Source: an uncultured bacterium | GTDB lineage: Bacteria; Eisenbacteria; RBG-16-71-46; CAIMUX01 | Direction of reading: 5' to 3' | NCBI GenBank assembly: GCA_964371055.1 | Contig: CAYJLF010000002.1 | Location: 202,453-266,452 of the forward strand | Length of the DNA stretch: 64,000 bases | Shown: one piece after another, positions 57,461-64,000 of the stretch | Position numbering within the stretch: the stretch's first letter is position 1 | Layout of the letters: each line of letters starts with the position of its first letter | Position numbers and translations under genes: made by a program | The notes under the pieces: generated by a model | What the model saw: the letters and a program-made list of their open reading frames with translations, nothing else | Databases searched by the model: none | Told to the model about the DNA's origin: nothing

Positions 57461-59038
57461 ATGAACCCGGATCGACGTCCCCATCCCTCTCTCGCCGCGC
57501 CGTCGCCCGCCGTCTCGTCTCCGTCCCGACCATCTCGGCGGATTCGGCGCGTCGATGGGATGTGCCTCGCCCTGTCACTGGCCCTCACGGCCACCCTGGC
57601 GGCCGCCGTGCCATCCGCTGCACTCCAGACCGCGCGCGTGGCCTCGGGCCTGAATCGGCCGATCTTTGTCACCGCCCCGCCCGGAGACGACCGCCTTTTC
57701 ATCGTCGAACAGCGCGGCGTGATCAGGATCCTGCAGAACGGTGCCCTGCTCCCGACGCCGTTTCTGGACATCAATGCGCTCATCCCTGATCCCAGCGACT
57801 TCGATGAGCGGGGACTCCTCGGCCTTGCGTTCGACCCCGATTTCGTGAACAACCGCAGGTTCTACGTCAACTACATCAGCAACAGCATCGATACGATCAT
57901 CGCGAGATATCTGGTCTCCCAGGGCGATCCAGACGTCGCGGATCCGAACTCCTCCGAGATTCTCCTGACCATCGATCAGCCGTTCAACAATCACAATGGC
58001 GGGACGATCGCCTTCAGCCCGCTGGACGGATACCTCTATGTCGGCATGGGTGACGGCGGCAGCAGCGGGGACCCCGAGGAGCGGGCGCAGAACCCACAGG
58101 AGTGGCTCGGCAAGGTATTGCGGATCGACGTCAGCGGGGCGAGCGGCTATGTCGTGCCCGCGGACAATCCGTTCGTCGGGAATCCGGCCTATCGGCCAGA
58201 GATCTGGGCTCTGGGCGTGCGCAATCCCTACCGCTCGAGCTTCGACCGGCAGACCGGAGACCTGTGGATCGCGGACGTGGGCCAGAACCTGTGGGAGGAG
58301 ATCAGTTTCGAGGCGGCCGGCAGCGGCGGGGGCTTCAACTACGGCTGGGACATCATGGAAGCGAACCACTGCTTCGAACCGCCCAGCGGCTGTGACCAGA
58401 CCGGCCTCGTCCTGCCGATCCACGAGTATTCGCACAACGAGGGTTGCTCGATCACCGGCGGCTGCGTCTATCGCGGCGCGGCGATCCCGTCGCTGGCCGG
58501 TACCTACTTCTTCGCCGACTACTGCACGAACAAGATCTGGTCTCTGCGCTACGACGGCCAGTCGGTCTCGGAGTTCACGGACCGGACGGTGGAGCTGGCG
58601 CCGGGGGGAGGCCTCTCGATCGGCGCGATCTCGGGCTTTGGGGAGGACGGTGACGGCGAGCTCTACATCGTCGATCGCGGGAGCACGACCACGGGAGAGG
58701 TCTACAAAATCCTGCCTGACCCCGCGGGAGCGCCGGATCGTCCGGGGACCGGAGCGATCGAGGGACTGAAGTTCCGTTCGGCGGCCCCCAACCCGGCTCG
58801 CGCCGCGGTCCGCTTCGAGCTGGAGTCGTCGCGGCCGGGCCCGTTGTCAGTCTCGATCGTGGATGCGGCGGGACGGGTCGTCCGGGAGTTGAGCGCTTCC
58901 GTCGCGCCGGATGGTTCGGCCGGGTTGAGCTGGGACGGACGTGATCGGACCGGCCGGGACCTGCCGGCCGGTTCCTACTTCGCCCGGGCCGCGCAGGACG
59001 AGATGCGCGTGACGCGGCGGATCAGTCTGGTGCGATGA
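57461..59038 (+). CDS. PQQ-dependent soluble sugar (glucose/sorbosone) dehydrogenase-like beta-propeller with possible Tat signal and FlgD-Ig-like C-terminal domain
   Basis: GAGGAGGAG RBS before ATG 57461. N-region SRRIRRV followed by a hydrophobic stretch. SGDH signatures GLNRPIFVTAPPGDDRLFIVEQRGVIRIL, LLGLAFDPDF, HNGGTIAFSPLDGYLYVGMGDGG. C-terminus LSWDGRDRTGRDLPAGSYFARAAQDEMRVTRRISLVR. Confidence 0.75.
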   Translation: MNPDRRPHPSLAAPSPAVSSPSRPSRRIRRVDGMCLALSLALTATLAAAVPSAALQTARVASGLNRPIFVTAPPGDDRLFIVEQRGVIRILQNGALLPTPFLDINALIPDPSDFDERGLLGLAFDPDFVNNRRFYVNYISNSIDTIIARYLVSQGDPDVADPNSSEILLTIDQPFNNHNGGTIAFSPLDGYLYVGMGDGGSSGDPEERAQNPQEWLGKVLRIDVSGASGYVVPADNPFVGNPAYRPEIWALGVRNPYRSSFDRQTGDLWIADVGQNLWEEISFEAAGSGGGFNYGWDIMEANHCFEPPSGCDQTGLVLPIHEYSHNEGCSITGGCVYRGAAIPSLAGTYFFADYCTNKIWSLRYDGQSVSEFTDRTVELAPGGGLSIGAISGFGEDGDGELYIVDRGSTTTGEVYKILPDPAGAPDRPGTGAIEGLKFRSAAPNPARAAVRFELESSRPGPLSVSIVDAAGRVVRELSASVAPDGSAGLSWDGRDRTGRDLPAGSYFARAAQDEMRVTRRISLVR

Positions 59039-59148
59039 CATCGAGCGCGGCCGGACCCCGTCTGGACCGGCCGCCCTTCGCATGACCTCTATTCTCGGCC
59101 ATGCTCCAGCCCATTGCCCCCCTCAGCGCCATCCGCTAGCGTGAGTAC

Positions 59149-60177
59149 ATGTCCACTTCGGTCGAGCATCATCCCGCCCGCTGGTGGCGGCGCGAGGAGG
59201 ATGGCCGGATTCTCTGCCGGCTCTGTCCCCGCGACTGTCGACTGGCGGAGGGGCAGGCCGGCTTCTGCTTCGTCCGGCGCAACGAAGGGGGCGAACTGGT
59301 CTCCCTCGCCTATGGGCACCCCAACGGCTTTGCCGTCGACCCGATCGAGAAGAAGCCGCTCAGCCATTTCCTGCCGGGGACAGGCATCCTCTCCTTCGGC
59401 ACGGCCGGGTGCAACCTCGGCTGCCGCTTCTGCCAGAACTGGGACCTGTCGAAGACCCGGATCGAGGACCTGCGGACCGTCGAGGCGACGCCGGAGCAGA
59501 TCGTGGCGCTGGCCCGTCGCGAAGGATGCCCGTCGATCGCCTACACCTACAACGATCCGATCATCTTCGCCGAATTCGTCATCGACACCGCGCGTGAGGC
59601 CCGCGCGGCCGGGATTCGCAATGTCCTCGTGACCAACGGCTATATCACGCCGGAGGCGCGAGAGGAATTCTTCCAGGACATCGACGCAGCCAACGTCGAT
59701 CTCAAGGCGTTCACCGAGACGTTCTACCACCAGCAGGCGGCCGGCCATCTCGCGCCGGTGCTGGATACCCTCTCCTGGCTCCGCCGTGAGACCGAAGTCT
59801 GGCTCGAGGTCACCACGCTTCTCATCCCCGGACTGAACGACGGCGAGGAGGAGATCCGCGCGGAGTGTGCCTGGATCCGGGAGCACCTCGGCGTGGAGGT
59901 GCCGCTGCACTTCTCCGCGTTCCACCCGTCGTTCCGGATGCTGGAGCGGCCGCCGACGCCTCCCGCCACGCTGATCGCGGCGCGGAAGATCGCGCTCGCG
60001 GAGGGGCTGCGCCACGTCTACACCGGCAACGTCCACGATCCGGCGGGGCAGACGACCTGGTGCCCCGGCTGCGGCGCGGCCCTGATCGAACGGGACTGGC
60101 ACTCGATCCGCCGCAATCGTCTCGACGCGGGCGCCTGCCCCAAGTGCCGCACGCCGATCGCCGGCGTCTGGATCTGA
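59149..60177 (+). CDS. AmmeMemoRadiSam-system-type radical SAM enzyme
   Basis: CNLGCRFCQNW (CX3CX2C). Family-typical N-terminus MSTSVEHHPARWW..ILCRLCPRDCRLAEGQAGFCFVRRN. C-terminal CPGCGAAL...CPKCRTPIAGVW zinc ribbon. Confidence 0.8.
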   Translation: MSTSVEHHPARWWRREEDGRILCRLCPRDCRLAEGQAGFCFVRRNEGGELVSLAYGHPNGFAVDPIEKKPLSHFLPGTGILSFGTAGCNLGCRFCQNWDLSKTRIEDLRTVEATPEQIVALARREGCPSIAYTYNDPIIFAEFVIDTAREARAAGIRNVLVTNGYITPEAREEFFQDIDAANVDLKAFTETFYHQQAAGHLAPVLDTLSWLRRETEVWLEVTTLLIPGLNDGEEEIRAECAWIREHLGVEVPLHFSAFHPSFRMLERPPTPPATLIAARKIALAEGLRHVYTGNVHDPAGQTTWCPGCGAALIERDWHSIRRNRLDAGACPKCRTPIAGVWI

Positions 60178-60198
60178 GTCACCGATCCGCGAGGCAGG

Positions 60199-60882
60199 AT
60201 GGAGCTCTTCTTCGATCTCGACGGCACGCTGACCGATCCCGGCGAGGGAATCACGCGCTGTATCGCGTCTGCGCTCGAGGGGATGGGACGTCCGTCCCCG
60301 AGCCTGGAGTCGCTGCGGCGGTGGATCGGGCCGCCCTTGTGGGAGTCCTTCCCCGTGTTGCTGGAGACCGAGGACCCGATCGAAGTGCGGCGCGCGGTCG
60401 ACCTCTACCGCGAGCGCTTCACGACGGAGGGGATGTTCGAGAACCGCATCTACCCCGGGATTCCCGCCGGGCTGGCCGCGCTGAGGGCGGAGGGGCATCG
60501 CCTCCGGGTCGTGACGGTGAAGCCGCATCTCTACGCCGGGAAGATCCTCGAGCACTTCGGCCTGGCGTCCCTCTTCGAAGGGGTTTATGGATCAGAGCTC
60601 TCGGGGGAGAACTCGGACAAAGCCGGGCTGATCCGGCTGGCTCTGACCGAGAACGGCATCGCGGCGGGCGAGGCGTGGATGGTAGGCGACCGCCGCCATG
60701 ACATCGAGGGCGCTCGGGCCAACGACGTCGGCGCGATCGGCGTCCTGTGGGGATATGGTTCGGCCTCGGAACTGCGCGAAGCCGGGGCCGACGCCTTGAT
60801 CGGGTCGATCGAGGAACTCGGCCCGTTGCTGCGCCACAGCCGGCGGCCGGCGCGGGGGAATGACGGATGCATGGACGACTGA
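60199..60882 (+). CDS. HAD superfamily hydrolase (phosphoglycolate phosphatase-like, subfamily IA)
   Basis: Motif I FFDLDGTLTD, motif II VVTVK, motif IV MVGDRRHDIEGA. Confidence 0.75.
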   Translation: MELFFDLDGTLTDPGEGITRCIASALEGMGRPSPSLESLRRWIGPPLWESFPVLLETEDPIEVRRAVDLYRERFTTEGMFENRIYPGIPAGLAALRAEGHRLRVVTVKPHLYAGKILEHFGLASLFEGVYGSELSGENSDKAGLIRLALTENGIAAGEAWMVGDRRHDIEGARANDVGAIGVLWGYGSASELREAGADALIGSIEELGPLLRHSRRPARGNDGCMDD

Positions 60883-61112
60883 AACTCGTGGCCGCGATGG
60901 TGACTCTCGTCTCAGCCGTCATGGCGGCGGCGCAGCTGGCCGGCCAGGTGAGTCGACCGGCTCTGATCGGAACCTGCGCAGCCTTCTTCGCCGCGGGGGC
61001 GGCGATGGTGCATGCGATCAGGGGACGCCGGGACGCGCGCCCGGCGCCTCCTGCCCCGCCGGTGCACGTCAACGAGGGCGACGCAGCTCGACCAGCAGGT
61101 GTCGCGGAGTGA
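60867..61112 (+). CDS. Possible small two-TM membrane protein (81 aa); weak call
   Basis: ATG ORF wedged between the HAD and O-methyltransferase genes, overlapping both 3' ends. Two hydrophobic helices LVAAMVTLVSAVMAAAQLAG and LIGTCAAFFAAGAAMV. High-GC artefact not excluded. Confidence 0.25.
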   Translation: MHGRLKLVAAMVTLVSAVMAAAQLAGQVSRPALIGTCAAFFAAGAAMVHAIRGRRDARPAPPAPPVHVNEGDAARPAGVAE

Positions 61113-62133
61113 GCCGGCGCTGCGAGACGAACTCGAGCCCGGCGCTCTCTCCCCAGCTACGGATCTCGCCGGGGGTGTAGGTCCGCCCGCGCGGCGTGCC
61201 GGCCAGCATGTTGACGGCGAAGAGCGCTCCTTCGCGGGGAAGGGAACGATCCTCCTCGACCGTGTTCTCCTGCACGATGATCCGTCCGCCGGGGGAGATG
61301 AACGGATAGAGCTTCTTGAGCAGCATCCGGTTCTCGTCGGGGCCCTCGGCGTGCAGCACCGCCGAAATCAGGACCAGGTCGAAAAGCGGCAGAGCGTCCG
61401 GCGCGGGGTCGGAGAAGAAGTCCCAGGGAAGGTATCGGATCCTCTCCGCCACGACGGACCCCGCCTGGACGCGCCGCGCCACCTCGAGAGTGAGGGGGAG
61501 GTCGATCAGCCAAGGTTCGATCGCGGGGGAGCGGCGGGCCATCTCGGCCAGGTAGTGCCCGGGGCCGCCGCCGAGATCCGCCGCGGTCCGGACGTCGGTC
61601 AGGGCGATGGCGTCGATCACCGTGGCGGCCATCTTCGATCCGCCGACGTACATCGCGCGGATGAAGCTCTCATTCTGCCGCGGATCGGAAAGGATCGCGC
61701 GATCCTCGTCGGTCACCGGGGCGCGACCGGTGATCCGGTCCTCCAGCAGCGCCCAGTTGCGGAAGACGCGATTGCGATGCCGGAGCATCCAGGCGAAGTG
61801 GCCGCCTCGATCGGTCCGGAGCAGCGTCTCGTATTCGGGCCGGTTGTGGTAGCGATCGCCTCGCTTCGCGACGACCTCGATGGCGGCGAGCGCGTCGAGC
61901 AGGATTTCGACGCCGCGCAGGTTGCCGCCGATCGAGGAGGCCGCCTCGCTCGCGGTGGCGCCGCGTTCGAGGTCAAGATGATCGAAGATCCCCAGCTCGA
62001 CCCCGGCGAGGAGGATCTTCGCCTCCATGAACGAGCCGGCGAGCTGGTTCAGCCGGTCGGCTGCCCCGGAGTCGCCGGCCGGTGCGGCGGCACCTCCCAC
62101 TCGGTCTCGCGCCTCGGAAGCCCTCTCAGTCAC
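61069..62133 (-). CDS. Class I SAM-dependent O-methyltransferase (COMT-like, with N-terminal dimerisation domain)
   Basis: SAM motif I TAADLGGGPGHY. Dimerisation helix LAGSFMEAKILLAGVELGIFDHL. GTG start overlaps the thioredoxin gene stop by 8 nt. Confidence 0.75.
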   Translation of the reverse strand: MTERASEARDRVGGAAAPAGDSGAADRLNQLAGSFMEAKILLAGVELGIFDHLDLERGATASEAASSIGGNLRGVEILLDALAAIEVVAKRGDRYHNRPEYETLLRTDRGGHFAWMLRHRNRVFRNWALLEDRITGRAPVTDEDRAILSDPRQNESFIRAMYVGGSKMAATVIDAIALTDVRTAADLGGGPGHYLAEMARRSPAIEPWLIDLPLTLEVARRVQAGSVVAERIRYLPWDFFSDPAPDALPLFDLVLISAVLHAEGPDENRMLLKKLYPFISPGGRIIVQENTVEEDRSLPREGALFAVNMLAGTPRGRTYTPGEIRSWGESAGLEFVSQRRLTPRHLLVELRRPR

Positions 62134-62725
62134 CGTGCCGCTCCCGCAGAGGGGGCGAGAGTCGCAGCATCAGGAGCATCCGTTCGAAGATGTCGATCCA
62201 CTCTCCTTGTTCCGCGGCCAGCTGCGCCGCGGGCGGAGCGACCAGGCCGGCGTCGCAGGCCGGCCCCAACTCACGGGCGGCCTTCGCCCGGTAGACGGTG
62301 AGCAGGCGGTCGCCGAAACGACCAACTTCGAAGAAGTCCTCCGACAGGAAGACCACGATCGGCACGCGCATCGCGCCCAGGACCCGGAGCTCGTCGATGA
62401 GCGCGGGATCGGTATCCCGGTCGATCCACCGCAAGGTCACCTCACCGCCGCACGCTTCGGCGATGCGGCGCAGCATCGGACCCTGCCGCACGCAGTCGCC
62501 GCACCAGATACCGCTGTAGACCAGCACGTGCATCCGTCGCCGGTGGCCGGTGAGCCTCGAGGCCGTCTCGGCCGGCAAGGGGGGGATGTTCGTTTCCATG
62601 TCGCGCCACTTGGCCGCCTTGGCGGGATCGGAGGCCGCAAGGTAGGCGGCATAGTCGGTGGCGGTTTCGAACCAGCGACGCCAGGAGTCGCTCCGCGTGT
62701 CGTAGTACTTGGGACGTTCTGTCAT
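62126..62725 (-). CDS. Thioredoxin-fold protein (WCGDC active site) with N-terminal extension
   Basis: VLVYSGIWCGDCVRQGPML...VPIVVFL is a thioredoxin-family CxxC core. Confidence 0.7.
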   Translation of the reverse strand: MTERPKYYDTRSDSWRRWFETATDYAAYLAASDPAKAAKWRDMETNIPPLPAETASRLTGHRRRMHVLVYSGIWCGDCVRQGPMLRRIAEACGGEVTLRWIDRDTDPALIDELRVLGAMRVPIVVFLSEDFFEVGRFGDRLLTVYRAKAARELGPACDAGLVAPPAAQLAAEQGEWIDIFERMLLMLRLSPPLRERHGD

Positions 62726-62773
62726 CGTGCTCCCTTCCAGTTCATGTGGTCGCGCCGCCCGGTCCGCGTCGCC

Positions 62774-63478
62774 TCAACCGCCGCCGCCGCGCAGGATCTC
62801 GATGCCGCCGGGGCGCGCCACGACCAGGATCGAGGTCAGCCCCAGAAAGAGCCCGGTCTCGACGATGCCGGTGCGGGAGTCCAACTCCCGGTCCAGGCGG
62901 TGCGGATCGCCGATCACCGCGCGACCGGGTTCGCCGGTGAACCGGACGTCGACGGTGTAGTTCCCCTCATCGGTGAGAAACGGTGACCCATCCCGGTTCC
63001 GGCGCAGGACCGGTTCGCCGCCCAGCGACCGGAAGAAGGCGAGGTGCGTGTTCCAGCCGAACGGAACGACCTCGACCGGCAGCGGCATCCGGTCGCCCAG
63101 GTGCTCGACCAGTTTCGTCTCGTCGATCACGATCGCCTCGATCCGCGAGACCTGAGCGACGATCTTCTCCCGCAGGAGCGATCCTCCCCCTCCCTTGACC
63201 AGGTTCCAGGCCGGGTCGACCTCATCGGCGCCATCGAGGGTCAGGTCGATCGCCTCGATGTCATCGAGGCCGATGAGGGGAATCCCGAGCTTGCCGGCGA
63301 GGCGTGCCGTGGCCTCGGAGGTAGGTACTCCGCGGATGCGAGCCAGCTTTCCGTCCGTCCGCCGCCGGGCAATCTCGCGGATCACCAGTTCGGCCGTCGA
63401 CCCCGTGCCGAGGCCCAGGGTCATCCCGTCCTCGACCAGGTCGGCGGCGGCCAGCGCCGCCTGTTCCTTCAGGCTCAT
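62774..63478 (-). CDS. rpiA: Ribose-5-phosphate isomerase A
   Basis: ATG 63478 after GAGGAGGAG. GLGTGSTA motif; DGADEVD; KGGGGSLLREKIV. Confidence 0.8.
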   Translation of the reverse strand: MSLKEQAALAAADLVEDGMTLGLGTGSTAELVIREIARRRTDGKLARIRGVPTSEATARLAGKLGIPLIGLDDIEAIDLTLDGADEVDPAWNLVKGGGGSLLREKIVAQVSRIEAIVIDETKLVEHLGDRMPLPVEVVPFGWNTHLAFFRSLGGEPVLRRNRDGSPFLTDEGNYTVDVRFTGEPGRAVIGDPHRLDRELDSRTGIVETGLFLGLTSILVVARPGGIEILRGGGG

Positions 63479-63651
63479 CGACTCCTCCTCGAACTCCACG
63501 CCCTGCGACCTGCGCGATCCAGATGGGGCCGATCGCCCCACTTGCGTTTCGCCAGCCGAGAGGCGACCATTATCAGGTTCGCGGCCCCGCCGCTATGAGC
63601 TTTGAAGCGGCGCCCGGCCGCCCGGTTGTGCGGGAGGAAAGGGGGGATGCC

Positions 63652-64000
63652 ATGAACATCGCCATGCGCGTCGAGACATCCGATCTCGCGAAGGCCCGAT
63701 CGACGCTGGAAAAGGATCTCGGATTCGGTAAATGCTTTGCGGACATCATGTTTCGCATGAACTACACAGAGGGCCGCGGGTGGCATGACCCTGAGATCGG
63801 TCCCTATCAGCCCATCGCGCTCGATCCTGCGGCGATGGTCCTCCACTACGGACAGGAGATTTTCGAGGGACAGAAGGCCTACCGCTGGGAGGATGGCCGG
63901 GTCGCGATGTTCCGTCCCGACGCGAACGCCGCCCGGCTGAATCGCTCCGCCCAGCGTCTGGTCATGCCCGCGGTTCCGGTCGAGCAGCAGATGCAGGCGA
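63652..64000 (+). CDS. ilvE: Branched-chain amino acid aminotransferase, N-terminal portion; 3' end lies outside the window
   Basis: GGGAGGAAAGGGGGG RBS, ATG 63652. FADIMFRMNYTEGRGWHDPEIGPYQPIALDPAAMVLHYGQEIFEGQKAY is typical of class-IV IlvE N-termini. Confidence 0.75.
   Translation, partial: MNIAMRVETSDLAKARSTLEKDLGFGKCFADIMFRMNYTEGRGWHDPEIGPYQPIALDPAAMVLHYGQEIFEGQKAYRWEDGRVAMFRPDANAARLNRSAQRLVMPAVPVEQQMQA

Noticed and set aside
61069-62725. The O-methyltransferase and thioredoxin both begin with MTER...; considered a duplicated N-terminal module.
   Set aside because: The similarity is limited to four residues and the downstream sequences are unrelated. Most likely coincidence.
1-64000. 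Looked for CRISPR arrays, tRNA/rRNA genes, IS elements, integrases or phage genes.
   Set aside because: No short regularly spaced direct repeats, no cloverleaf-compatible intergenic segments, and no transposase or recombinase signatures were seen in any frame. The region looks like core/accessory chromosomal DNA rather than a mobile element.

Overview
64-kb window at about 70% GC, densely coding, with about 48 protein-coding genes. I found no rRNA or tRNA, no CRISPR array, and no transposase or integrase. Many long opposite-strand ORFs in the six-frame track are high-GC artefacts. The window looks like chromosomal DNA of a Gram-negative, probably uncultivated bacterium. Six secreted proteins share a ~75-aa FlgD-Ig-like/T9SS-type C-terminal domain (CTD), which points to an FCB-type candidate lineage (inference). 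Content, in order: (1) 3' part of cysK. (2) A giant ~1660-aa secreted thermolysin-like (HEXXH...NEAxSD) metallopeptidase plus two further CTD-bearing secreted proteins. (3) An HcnABC/opine-oxidase-like flavoprotein pair with the A and B subunits fused. (4) Fpg/Nei, an S8 peptidase with CTD, an outer-membrane beta-barrel, L-lactate permease and a DUF368 membrane protein. (5) A phnD-phnC-phnE-phnE phosphonate ABC operon, an ECF sigma factor, and a stand-alone P-domain protein. (6) A DinB_2-GNAT fusion, TerC, and an MdtABC-like RND operon (MFP plus two tandem permeases). (7) SppA and a NUDIX hydrolase. (8) Two direct-repeat copies of a small secreted Trp/Cys-rich protein of unknown family, each with its own promoter and hairpin terminator. 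(9) An extracytoplasmic-proteolysis island: M20, M1 with HEAT repeats, YdcF, a beta-helix protein, a second M1, M28-PDZ, a Thioredoxin_7 protein and a C1 papain-like peptidase with CTD. (10) An HDOD protein, a PQQ-type sugar dehydrogenase with CTD, an AmmeMemoRadiSam-type radical-SAM enzyme, HAD phosphatase, O-methyltransferase, thioredoxin, rpiA and the 5' part of ilvE. The most unusual locus is the duplicated small secreted-protein cassette at 40.0-41.9 kb. The abundance of CTD-tagged secreted peptidases is the dominant theme.
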